Assembly (NCBI RefSeq): GCF_033153115.1
Contig: NW_026889779.1
Span: 13,330,001-13,394,000, forward strand
Source of the DNA: Saccostrea echinata
Lineage: Eukaryota
Reading direction: 5' to 3'
DNA: 64,000 nt
Shown here: one piece after another, positions 1 to 12,500 of the stretch
Position numbering within the stretch: the stretch's first letter is position 1
Layout of the letters: the number at the start of each line of letters is the position of its first letter
The notes under the pieces: generated by a model
What the model was told of the DNA's origin: nothing
What the model saw: only the letters and a program-made list of their open reading frames with translations
Database searches by the model: none
Translations under genes and position numbers: made by a program

Positions 1-1651
1 CTTTCATATCAATTCATTACTATAATCTGCAAGTTTTGGGGATTCTTGTTGAATGTGTTTTGATACAATCATGAATGTAAGCATTATTACCAAGTATTAT
101 GAATATTTTTGCTCTAAAGGATATTGCCAAGCTTCAATTTTCATATAGATGTCAAATAATTAGGTTCAGTGGATATATGTTCCCTAAAGGGAAGTACACA
201 GTATGTTGGCTTAAGAAACAAGATAATGATCCAAAGAACAAGCTAGATGTGTAAACAGGCTATCACCATTTGTCTAAATGTTGTTACATCATGTAAACAT
301 GGTGGTAATATTGGTGAAGAGAACCATTCCTGGAAACCTTGGCAACACCAAATTCTGTCCTTATAAGGCAGATAACATAATTACTACCAGGTGTACTTTA
401 ATTAGGTTTGTTCAAATGGATGTTTATATAAAAAGTTGTAGAAAAGTGCAAAGTTCTGTAAATTGTATTTTTAAATATGAGAAGTTATTCCAATATTATA
501 AACTATTATAATTGCATTATCACTTAAACAGTGTGAAATTTAAGATTTAAGGCCCCTTTTACTATAGTCATTAGAGGGCTTGTTGGTCATGGCCATTTTC
601 AGATGATTTAAAACTCCTGGAAAAGAAGAAATCTATCTTAAAATATAGGGAATTGCATTAAATGTGTGTGTGTGTGTGTATTGGGAGGGGGGGTCTATTA
701 ATACGTAAAAGTTTATGGCTAAATGAATCAATTGTTTCATATTTTAAAGTGGATCCTTTGGATAATTTGTTGATCCTCCAGCCTCTTTAACTAGAGAAAG
801 GTTTGTTTATGGATGACCAGTTACAGGTCTTTCCCACCTAGGCAACATCACATTTTCCTAAAGACTCGATTTATCAGAATCGGATAGCCACCGAATTGAA
901 CGTTTGGCTTGCAGTTACTGAGTAAGAAAGAAGAGAGCATTAACCCCATGATCTGACTTTCAGACAATTTGTAGTCTGATTTTAGTATTCATAGCCATTA
1001 TTTGTGTGTTGTTAATTTTTGTACAAGCAAGTATAAACATGATTAAACACCTTGAGTACTAAATGTACATTTTTACAGGAGATTACATTGGATTTGAGTT
1101 ATTTGTTTAAGGTATTGGATTAGGAGTGTAAATAAGGTCATCCTGGTTTGAACTGTCAGGTGACTTTACCTGGCCAGAGGGATATTAATCACCATAATCT
1201 ATTGGATATATATACCATTGACAGATACACACGAAATTAACAGTTATATCTGTTATATTCATTTCACATTAAGGTCAACCAATTTCCCTTCAGTTATCAG
1301 TTGTTACTTGCTCATAGGCCCCTTGTTGATGAGGTATTTCAAATATTCAGTTTAAGGTAATCAAATTTTGAATAATTATTTTAAGATTAGCAATACGTGG
1401 TAAATTCAGCTCGTGAAATAATAAATGTGATACATTATGATGAAATTTCAGGATTCAGACAGTTTGACATTCAGAGAAGTGTAAGAATTAGAGTTTGATA
1501 CTGTTTAGGCAGTATAAATAGATCATTTGTACAATATGATGTGAATTGGAGCATAAATGGTCATATACAGTAGGAGAGGACTGCATTTATGGGTTATGTC
1601 TGGTTTGTTCATGTGTCATTACGGTAGACAATTGCATGTAAAGTTTTCTGT

Positions 1652-1730
1652 TATTCTCTTTAGAGAACTTGACAGGCTTTATTGCCTACATATAGGTTAA
1701 AAGCCTGCTGTCCAATCTCTAAAGAGAATA
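1652..1730. repeat. Small fold-back element / hairpin
   Basis: TATTCTCTTTAGAGA at the left end and its reverse complement TCTCTAAAGAGAATA at the right end; inner CAGGCTTT / AAAGCCTG also pair. Confidence 0.6.
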
Positions 1731-1734
1731 CATG

Positions 1735-1947
1735 TACTGTAAACAAACTATTTTTCGCGTCATCTTTTATTCCCGATTTGTCAGTTTGAAATCAATCCAC
1801 GATTATTAATTTTCGTGACTGAGGAAGCATTCTCTCTAAATACAAAGCAAAATAAATGATTCACAGCAATTAATATTCGCGAGTAAAAGTAGGTCGCAAA
1901 ACTCGAGGATATTTCTCGCACGCAAGTAAAAGTTGGTTTACATTGTA
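1735..1947. mobile_element. MITE (non-autonomous DNA transposon, TA-bounded)
   Basis: Imperfect TIRs TACTGTAAACAAACTATTTTTCGCG and CGCAAGTAAAAGTTGGTTTACATTGTA; CpG-rich interior unlike the flanks. Confidence 0.65.
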
Positions 1948-2911
1948 TCTCTATGTATGTGCATTATTTGCACACTTTTTTTCCTAAGATAAATGTATTA
2001 CATGCAATTAAAAGAATAATATGCTACAGAGTTTAGCAGTTTTAAAATTCACTCAACTTTATAAACTGCTTGATTGAGAGAATTCAACTTTTATAGTAAA
2101 TGATAGCNNNNNNNNNNNNNNNNNNNNNNNNNNNNNNNNNNNNNNNNNNNNNNNNNNNNNNNNNNNNNNNNNNNNNNNNNNNNNNNNNNNNNNNNNNNNN
2201 NNNNNNNNNNNNNNNNNNNNNNNNNNNNNNNNNNNNNNNNNNNTTGTCCTGATGAAATTTGAAGTACTTGTGACCATAAGTGAACACCAACTTTGCTAAT
2301 GATTTCAAGCTAACATGACCTGCTTGCTCAATGAAAACTGCATGGAAAATAAATTAAGTGGATAGTTTGGAATATTTTGAACTTAATGAGTAGATTGTTT
2401 CTGTTGTTGGGCTAAAAATTTAGAGGAGGGAATGGAATGACAAAATATACTGCAGCAATAAAGCATTGGTGGACAGGTCTCTTTGGGGACACTAATTGTT
2501 CATTATCAACTTATCTGTGTTTCACAGAAACTTAACATTTGTATCAGTTTCCATTCTCTGAAGAACAAAAATCAATATTGGCAACCAACAGAACTGTGTT
2601 ATCTAAATAGCAAACTCAACAAAATTCTTACTATTTTACTGGAGGACTTTGTATATACTGCATATGAAAATGTCGTCAACATTCATGAGGATATAAATAA
2701 ACACAAAGAGTGTTTTATGTTGATCACTGGTAGGAGTATATGGTTGGTTTATTATGTGACTAGCCAACGTTATGTTGCTTTAACAGCCCAGACCTGTCAT
2801 TCATGATGTTGAAATGAGAAATGCAATATTTTATCAATGTTAGATAAATATGTATGAGAAGTGATGCCTTTATGAGGACAAAACTCTCATTCTGATTCTT
2901 GTTAATTTCAG

Positions 2912-5900
2912 TCGTCCTCTACGGGGAAATCTACGAGTCGTGAAAGTGACAAGAGCCTCCTCAGCGTGGACGGATCGGAAAATGAAGAAGTAAGTCACTT
3001 GGAGGAAAATAAACTGGTACACTGTACCTTGTAGTGTAACTCGTAAAGATAAATTGGATGTGTTTGTCATACATGTTCTTTATTTCTAAATATATATCAG
3101 CTTTCTACAGATTTATTGGATTATTATGATTGATATGCTGACAAGTTAATGTTTTTAAATTTGTTTTTTCTTCCTTTTTTTATTCAAAGCTTGTGTTTAT
3201 TGTGTAAAATTTGTCATATACTCATAAAAAAATAAAAATTATTTGGCAGGAGGATTTGTTTGATTCAAACTGGAAATCTTCTATAGCATCAGTGAAGAAG
3301 CCACAGGACAACAGTACAGCAGAAGGTAATTCCTACCAGGAGTATTAGTTTTCTTCTTTCTGAGTGTATTGGTTTGGTTTGACGGGGGGATGTCAGCCTT
3401 GGTGGCTCAATCATTAGAGCACTTAGCTGGTTGTGCAGGTGTCCCCAAGTTTGATTCCTGGTGCAGCCATTTCTTCTTTTCTGTTTCATTTGGTGCCATG
3501 TTCCTAGGATAAGGGAATGAAGTGGTTTGGGCTTTCTGGACCATTGATATCACCCTGGATGGCTCAGTGGTTAGAGCACCTCACTATTAATACACGGGTC
3601 TTGAGTTCGATTCAAAGTGGAACTATAAATTTTCTACTTTCTTGATACATTTGGTGTAGTTTACCACCCCTGGACTTGGAGGTGAAAATCTAGCTGTCAG
3701 TGGCAAAAGAATCTGGGTTAATTGTCTTTGAGGGTGAGGACAATTTAAGGAGGGAGGATCGTAGTGGTTTGGGCTATATAGGGTATCGGCATGTGTAGCT
3801 CAGTAGTTAGAGAACCTGACTGGTGTAGTAATGCAGGCATCCCGAGCTCCATTCCTGGTCCAGCCATAAAGTTTCTCCTTTCCTGTTACATGCAAAATCT
3901 GGCATTGAGATTAAGATATTCTTCTATTAGAATGAAGAAAGAAAAGCTTCTGTTCATAGTTAGTATAGGAAATACCTCTGTTATTCTAGGTGGGAACCTG
4001 TATCATTCTACCAGAGCTTATAGTATTATGGAAATTTCATATTTTCCCCAGATTTTAGTTCCAAAATATAGATTACAGGTTACCTTCAGAAAATTAAACT
4101 TCTGGGTTATGCTCAGAGTAAATTATTTCTTTGTAGTATGTAGTATTAATGCTTTATCAGTGATGGGCAATTCACTTAAAGACACCCAGGTTGTAATTTA
4201 TGTATGTAACATGCTGTCAAAATAGATAATAATGTAACAATCAAAAATCAATTGCACATTACAATATTAAGCCAAGATATTGCCAAATTTTGTGCCACTA
4301 TAGACAGTATGTTGTGTAAATAACATAGAAAATAGTAAAATAGGAATTTTAATCAGGGTCTGGATTCACAGTGAAACGGGTTGCATATTACACAGTGTTC
4401 ACTGTTTATATATACATGGTACATCATATACATTAATGTAAAGATATAAATAGACCTTTAGAGTATAAACACAAGTCACAATTAGTAAACAAGAGACATT
4501 GTTCTTGACCACAAGATTGTCAGGAAAAAAACAAGGACATATTTTTGGATAATTGACGAAAGATATACATGTACACAGTAGACTACTATTTGAAGTTACA
4601 TGATATGATTGACTGAGATTTTTTATTTCAGTGGCCAAAATGGATTTAGATTTTACAGTTGTAAAAAGAGATACGCAAACTTTGACCAGTGATGCAGCAA
4701 AACACAGGATCTCTATTAAACCTAAGTCTAGAAAGAGTTCCTTGCAATCTAGGAGAGCAACTGATGTAAGTACATTGAAATAGTAAACATTTGAGCTTTA
4801 ATTGTTAAAATGACATCACATTTACATTTAAAATCAAAGTATTGATTTGTTTCATTGATTTAAGCAGCAAATATATCAAATCAATTGCAGTGATTCATGA
4901 CACCCATGTCTTTTCAACACATGACAAACAGTTATTAAAGTTCATTTTTTGGGGTTTAGATAACTACATTTATGTTCTGAGCATAGTCATTCATGTGGAA
5001 TTGATGTAGATTCCTTATTTTACTTGAGTAATTAATATTGCAATAGGACTCTTAGATGTCAGATCCTGCGAACATTAATTTGCGAGTGGACTGTTAAGTA
5101 AAGGGTTCATTTTTAACCGATTTTCCATTGGCAAAAACCTGGTTATTGAAATGGTGAAAATGGCGGGCAACTGCCAAAATGGAACCAGTACATCACTTTT
5201 CCTGATAATTACTCCTACAGTTTTCAAGACAGGAACCTTTTTAAATTTGCAGATCAATTGTACATATAATTCAGAGATGTGCATTTAATTTACTATATAT
5301 TTATTATTATTTGGCTAGTGATGCTTATCGCAAAATTTTGTGATAATAAATCCCTCGCATTTAGGAATCTACAGTATTCTGAAGGACACAAAACAATTTA
5401 AAAATGATATCCATGCATTTGCACCAAAGAAAATTAAACTTCATATTGAGGAGTTTTCAGTAAAGTTATAAGTACATGTAATAGTGGACACTTATCTCAG
5501 TTGTTTTCTTGAACAGAGAACTACAGCATCACCTTTACCCAGAGTAACAGAGGAAACAACTAAACAAGCTGAACTGATCACTGTACAGGACAACAAAACC
5601 AGTATTCAAGTCATAAGTAAGCACAATAATACAGAAGGATTAATTAACTGTACTTGAAGTCAATTTTTAGCTTACTCAAGTCAAGTGAGCTTTTCTGATA
5701 AAAATTTGTCATCTGCATGTCCATAAACTTTTCATGTTGTTGATTTTTCTCCAGGGTCATTGGGTCATTCAAACAAATGTGTCAAAAGCACCCATTAGTA
5801 ACGAGGCATTAAAGTTATGAAATAAAGGGCCATTGAATCTTTCAAAGGGAGAAAGTCCATAAAAAGTGAAAAAAAATGAAAAGAGTAGTTTAAAAAATCA

Positions 5901-8900
5901 TGTTGTAAAGAATAGCTTGCACCAAAAACAACGAAAATTAAGGGGGAAACATGCTTCCTTACAAGACAGAGATCCACATAATGGTGACTTTTGACTGGTG
6001 CAAACTCTAATCTCTCAAAGTTCTTAATCTCTCGAAGTAAAACCCCAGTCCCATTTTTTCCCTCTTTATAACAGCACATTTACTCCTGATCTCTCAAACT
6101 TCCAATCTCTCAAAGTTCTCTATCGATCAAACCAAGACTTTGGTCCTGTTTCATTGTTTTTTACTCTTGATCTCTCAAAGTGTTGATTGTGCATGCATGC
6201 CAATCAAGTGTGTAATTAATTCACCTTGTAGGAATTTCCTGGATAATGATGAATTGCTGGGTGGATGTGTTAAAAGGGTGTTTAAATAGGTGACACGACA
6301 CCTGTGTGTTTTCCGAAGAGTTGATTTATTAAATAATTGGTTGATTGGTCAATTTAAAGAAAATAAACAGATAACCATCTACGACTGATTTTGACTTGAC
6401 AGTTAGCAAAATGATGATTTTAAGAAACTAATTTAGAAGCAGATTAGAAATTTCTCATGAATTACGAACCTTTATTCCATTTCTGCAAAATCACAGTATG
6501 GTAATCATTGCACAAAATTCCAGTTTCAATAACTGAATAGTGATACAGAGCAATCTGGGGAAGGACCCAGTAAACCTAAGGGAGACTGGGCTTGCTATTT
6601 GCGCTAAATACCATCTGAGCATAATAATGAAATAGAAAAAAAAACTTTTGAAGCTGAAAGATTTTTTTTTTCTTATTTAATCAAGATACAATCTTTATTG
6701 AATTGCTAGTAAAATACCAATGAAAATCAAAATGTGCCAGAATGTTTTCAACAAATACTTACAGTGAACATAAAGATAGAACCACAATGATTGGATTAAA
6801 AAATTCCAGATTTCCTCTCCTATTGGTCTCTTAAACCCCTCTGCTTCTCAATTTTTTTTTTTAATGTGAAAGATAGAGAGTCACCTGTGTACTATAAAAT
6901 CATGCTCCTGTCCTAAGCTTGGGTGGGGAATAATAAAGTTGTGCATATGGAGGTAGAAGCAAAATTTGTTAGAAGTCTATATAAAGACAAAAAGCTTCAA
7001 TTTATAGTACATGTATTTGTAAGCATCTTCTTATGTAGATACAAAGAATGAGAGAACTTATGATTTGAATTTGGCAGGAATATGGGCACACTTGAAAAGA
7101 ACATTTCATTGATGCAACACATGATATTATTATAGGCCCTGGAGGTAGGATTGAGCCAAGTTAGGGGAAAAGTTTAACACAGAATATTTTAAATTTCATT
7201 TCGAAGAAAAAGCTACAATTTGTAAACTCCAATATTACTATAGATTAAAAGGTGCTAAAAGTTTAAGGCCACAATAGAAGTTTGACTTACAGTTGAACTT
7301 TGGTATCTCAGAAATTGATATCTCAAATACATGATTATGATGCAGTGATTTGGAAGTCCCATTGACTTTTGTTCTGTTTATTACCCACCATATCTCAAAC
7401 TCTCAGATATCTTGAAGTTTTTTCCCCATCCAAACCAATTGAAATAACAAGAATTGACTGTATTTTCATTTGACAAAAAGTGGATGTGACTTAGATTAGC
7501 ATGGTAACCTTTGGGTTTCTTCTTAATTCATATCTTTAAAAAAATAGAGAAAAATAACAAATTTTTAACTCTTAGTAAGCACTGAATGTATCTAAAGCTA
7601 GTACAATATGTGGCAAGATAGATAACTCTTACAACTTTATTTGATAGAGCCTCAAAAGGTGGAGGAATCAGTGCCCAAAGAAATCAAAAGTGAAATGAGT
7701 AACATAGTCAAAAATAGGAAGTCTTCAGAGGGACCAAGTGAGCCACAGAAAACACAGCCAGAAAAGGATATTTTAGTCAGCAACGAAGAAAAATCTCGTT
7801 TGTCAGACACCCCTATATTAAGAAGAGACTCTGAAAAAATAATAGAGAAAAAGGATGAACCAGTGAAAGTAGAAAGTTTGAAGAGTGTAAAACCCAGACC
7901 TAAGAGTCTTGTGGATGTAGAACCTATCAGAGACACAAAGGATGAGTCTAATGAGTTGTCAAAGGCATTCAAGAGGATGTCACTGAGGAAAGAGATTGTC
8001 TCCCCTGAAATGCCAGCCAAGGCCAGTAATATTGAACCCCTCAAAGAGGTGATTAGTGTCACTAGTGTTACAGAGTCTAAAGCACACAGATCATCTGTTA
8101 AAACAGATGAAACAAAGGAAGTGGAGAGCAAACCCACTAAATCACCAATCACAAAAGACGCACCAGGGAAAACAACTTATGTTCTGAAGAAAGAGCCACT
8201 TAGACCTGTGACATCCCCAAAATCACCAGACTATGAGAACTTACAGGACTTAAATCTTAGTAAAAGTATAACCTCCCCATCTTCTGATTATGAAAATGTG
8301 CCTGTGGGGGGTTTTAAATCTGAGAAATCTGAGTTATCTTCTCCTGAACCAGATTATGATAATTTATCTCCCATATCTTACCCACTCTCACCAACAGCAA
8401 ACAAATTCTTGCCAAGGGATATAGACAATGCTTCCAAGTCTAAAACTTCTACAATGCCTCAAAAATTGTCTTCTCCAAAGGAGGAATACAGATTAAAGAG
8501 ACAACCAAGGAGTAGGACCTTACCAGAACAGCCTGTTTCAAGAGAAATTTTAGACTCCAAATCCCAAACTGTACCTCGTGAAATTATGGATTCACAGTCT
8601 CTTGATGTCGGTGAAAAATCAGTTAAAAAATTAGCAAGTAAAACAGATTCTTTCAAAGAGAACAACGGAAGTTCACTTAATAGGTTTTCAAAAGGTGTTA
8701 CCTCTGGACTCTCTGTAAAAACTGCTGAAAATAAAATTGATATTGAATCCACTGCCCCAAAAGATGAACCTAAACGACCTGTATCTTTGAAATCTGATTA
8801 TAATGTCTCAACCACTCCCAGCTGGGTCAAACCTAAACCAGAAGAACGAACTCCTAATGTAGTCAAGTCAGATTCTCAAGATAAAGCAAAGTTTGAACAG

Positions 8901-9598
8901 TTAAAACCTGTGAGTGTAAATTCAGCAAAGGAAAAGGAAACAAAGCAGTTGGAGCCAAGCAACACAAAACCACAAGACTTAAAGAAAGAAGATCTCCCCC
9001 AGAAACCTCCCCTTAAAACGAAGCCTAAAGAAGTGGGATCCTCCACACTAGAAAGGAAATCTTTGTTTGAGAACACTTCTAGCTCATCACCTGCCTCGGT
9101 TCCAGCATGGAAAGCAAATTTATCACAAAAGAAAGGTTCTCTAAAGGAGAAAGATATCAAGATAGAAATTATTGAAAAAAAGACCCCTGTACCAGAAAAG
9201 GTGGAGGAACCGGTAAGAATAACAGATTTTCACTATGCCCACCTCCAAAAGAGAATAGATTGTTTGTTTTTCCATGAAAATTCTCATTATTTTCTATTGG
9301 TTCTTTTTTCTTATACAAGTTGCTCAGTAAAGTCTCCAATATTTCTAGTTGTACCAAATTTATGAGCATTTTGTAGTCCGATACTCTTCTTAAAAGTATG
9401 CATTAAGTCAAAGTCTTAGTTTAGATTATGCAGTTGTATGGTTGGTTATTTTAAAAAATAAGTATTTTTTTTAAGAAGAAACAGACCCCTGTTCAGCTGA
9501 GAGGAAAACCAGCATGTGCAGAGGAATCTAAGGCTGCTCGTAAGAGTTCCAATGTTCTGGATATGGTGAAGAACTTTCAGAGTATGCAGGCTACATAG
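2912..9598 (+). CDS. CRACD/KIAA1211-like (DUF4592-type) protein, 5'-partial, ~691 aa in window
   Basis: Phase-consistent GT-AG exons 2912-2989, 3250-3325, 4632-4765, 5517-5616, 7648-9212, 9476-9598 (stop TAG). Exon 4632-4765 encodes LDFTVVKRDTQTLTSDAAKHRISIKPKSRK, resembling the L-x-x-x-AAKHKLSVKPK motif of the KIAA1210/1211 family. The large exon is K/E/S/P-rich and probably disordered. The start codon was not found in the window. Confidence 0.7.
3365..3890 (+). mobile_element. Degenerate tandem-array TRIM with tRNA-derived LTRs (Helenus-like), three LTR units
   Basis: LTR-like units at ~3365-3488, ~3518-3649 and ~3759-3890, each with decayed A/B boxes and ending in CA. The first two are followed by TTTGGTG (PBS). 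Purine tracts (AAGGGAA; AAGGAGGGAGGA) precede units 2 and 3. The 109-bp spacer 3650-3758 matches 33959-34067. Confidence 0.75.
5003..5376. mobile_element. Probable MITE remnant
   Basis: TGTAGATTCCT near the left end and AGGAATCTACAGTA at the right end form an inverted pair. Confidence 0.4.
5664..7525. mobile_element. Decayed Helentron/HINE-like element with Cg170-like repeats, interrupted by MITEs
   Basis: Starts TTTTTAGCTTAC...GTGAGCTTTTCTGAT. Ends in a degenerate version of the terminal motif seen at 39692-39733 and 56689-56727. Contains the insertions ~5980-6891 and 7288-7462. Confidence 0.45.
7288..7462. mobile_element. Tc1/pogo-type MITE with TA target duplication
   Basis: TA|CAGTTGAACTTTGGTATCTC ... 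GAAATAACAAGAATTGACTG|TA imperfect TIRs; internal ATATCTC subrepeats. Confidence 0.65.
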
Positions 9599-12500
9599 AG
9601 TCATTACAACAGGTGATTCTGTGTTTAGTCCACTGTGCCAACACTTCAACGGGTGGCCAAGCATGGTGAAAACATGTGCCTTCTGTATTCAAATAAAACG
9701 ACATGGTATATTGATTAATGTCAGGCTTAGAATGCTTGCAAAATGTTTTCATTTCTGGTTTGCACAATGTTGAAATTCTACCTGGCAACAGAAACAAAAA
9801 TTATTTTTATAATTTTTTGAGAGAAAAATTTTCACAGGGATGAAAGTAAATTATTTCATGTTGAATGACGTATGCTGTAAAGGTCTTCATTTCTGAACAA
9901 CTGTGTTTTTTTTAATTTTTACACATAATGAAATACATTGCAATTTGTGGAACAACATTTAGTGCTAAATGCTTCATAATGTTTCTTTTTTAACATTTTG
10001 GAGTAAATTTTTCAAGCAGGTGTTTGTATTAGTTTCAGGTGAAGAGGAAAACTTTAAATATACAGAATTCTTAGTTTTAATTTAAATTTAATATTATGCT
10101 CAGAACTTTAACTCAATTTTATTTTGTTGTTAAGCTCAAACTATTGCATTCCTCTGGTGTAAATAAACTTAGATGTTTACCTGTAATTACTGTGATATAT
10201 TTTTTCTCCTTCTCTAATTAAAAAGTAAAAGGCAAGGAATTGTAACAGATATTTGTGTCTGTTAAAAGCTGTCATTGTGTGCTTTCAGTGTCACAATGAA
10301 AAATAATTCATGAAAAAAAATGAATGATTCTCATTTAACATAGATGTAGTTAAAAGATTTTTTAAAATATTAATATTTATGGCATTTGAGATGACTACTA
10401 TTATCTTCATTTATTTACTTCATATGTTAGTGAATAATAAACATTTTTATTCACATGGTTGAACAATGTCTTTAAAAATGTCTTTAAAAAATTGTGATGA
10501 TTTGGTTGTGAAGAAACGTCTATTTTATGAGTCCTGCTTTTTTGTGTGTTATTGCATGTTTAGTATATGAAGTGCAATGTCGTGTTGTGAATATTTTGTG
10601 ATAAGTTGTCATCTACAACATTCATTGTTTTGAATGTCTTTGTTTCAGTTTAATGTTACAGATTTTAATCAAGTCATAATGTATTTCAATGCTTGAAATA
10701 TCATTTATTAGATAAAACATTTTGTGCAATAATCGTGACCAAGCATATCTTGTAGTAGGTGTAACTGTATCAATTGGTGTGATTTTATGTCAAATATTCT
10801 TCATATACACTCTTTCAAGACACTCAAAATGCATTTTTTATGTGTAAAAATAATAACCTGGTGCTTAACTGTAAATCAAATGCTGTATAATTGTAAAAAG
10901 TATTACATCATTACTGTAAGAAAAAAAAGTGTACTCAAGATATTTTGCAAAATTTCATTTTTTGCCAAAATTAAATATAGTGGTTATTCATGATGTAGAA
11001 CTTTCTTGTCTTGCATGCTTTAATTATTCTTTCTTCTTAGTTATCTCCCTTCGAGATTGTTTTATGATCCTCTATTTTTAAATATTTAAGGGTCACTTAT
11101 ATTAGTTCAGAAGCATGGAATGTTGTTTTTCATATTTATTGGTATACTTAAGTGTCCAACTCTTGTGAAAACTACCTTTCCAAATTATAACCCTGCATTT
11201 ATTGTTAAAAGAATTTTAAGTTTTTCAACCACAGTAAAAAGTTACTTGTCCAGAGTATATGGGTGGATTTGTATTTCACACACTGGTATACTACAGATAT
11301 GAAATTGTTTTAATCAGAGAGCATATTTTAGGGAGATTATGGCTGATGAATCAAGATTCTAATGCTCTATCATTGCCTAGATGGACAAATAGTGAAGTAA
11401 TTTTGATCTCATTTTGAAAGCTTTAGGGTCCAATTGGCTTTTTATTAGTTTACTCGTAAGATAAATGAACAAGCCATTTTTGACTGCCTTTTTTTTATCA
11501 CTTCCCTAATAGGTTCCTTGTACCAGGTTACATGTATCTTTCTTATATTACCGGTCAACATATCCTTCATTGTACAAACTAAACAACTCACAGCTGATAT
11601 AGTCATGATAACCTACACAAGATGTGTAAGCTGTCATTATCAAGTTATGTATGTTTATATGTACATGTATATACAAATGTTTAAATAAGTAAAGAGCTAT
11701 AATGCATTGATAGCGTTTCACTTGTGTTTGCTCACTGGTTTTAACAGAAGTTGTTATCAATTACTACACAGTACTGATGTGAGTGATACATGCAGGTGTG
11801 GGGGATACCTGTGAATATTACAGAAGCATTGATTTTCAGAAGAATTTGAGTTTTGGTCCCATATTCAGTAGTGGTCTAGTGGACAAGTTCAACTCTGATA
11901 CAGTGTTCTTGATACTTGTCCCATATACAGAGACTAATAAAATTCCTCTGTAAGGCTAAAAAAAAAATTATCTATAATGTCTCAGGCACCGTGGCATCTG
12001 GTCAAGTGCTGCCGCTTTGATCAATGTTATTGACATGGAAAAGGGAAATAACTCAATTTTTTATTTTTCCAAGTTGAAAAAGGAAATTGAGTTATGCCCC
12101 TTTACATACATGCTAACAGAAAGACTTTTTTAACGGTATTTTAGGAACTAACTTTATATAAAAATGTTTGCAATAACATTGTTGTAAGTTCAGTATATAT
12201 AAAAATTACTATAAGAGTATAAAAAAGGAGAATCGGTGGACATCATCATTTTGTTGACCGACGTGAAAAAAGAGGTAACACCTACAAAAGATCTCTGTCG
12301 CATTAAATCTTGAAATTTTGGGCTGAGAAACTAATGATTTGTTTCTTGACCTAATGAGTAAAAGATGAAAAAATACATCTTTTAGCTAGAGAAAACTGAC
12401 AATATTTTAAAGATTTTGTCAGTTAATAAATGATCATGATTACGATAGATTTTGAATTTTAATTTTGTTGCGTGAAGGTTTTTTTATATTGCAAGATCAA

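Noticed and set aside
745-925. Possible upstream exon of the CRACD-like gene
   Set aside because: Splice-like signals are present, but I could not establish an open frame joining exon 2912.
2059-2308. ORFs spanning N runs (also 35196-35579)
   Set aside because: Artefacts of assembly gaps.
3791-4225. 144-aa ORF
   Set aside because: Begins inside the TRIM LTR and runs through AT-rich intron; no protein-like features.
7652-9160. Minus-strand ORFs 7652-8152, 8459-8752, 8876-9160
   Set aside because: Antisense shadows of the large CRACD-like exon.
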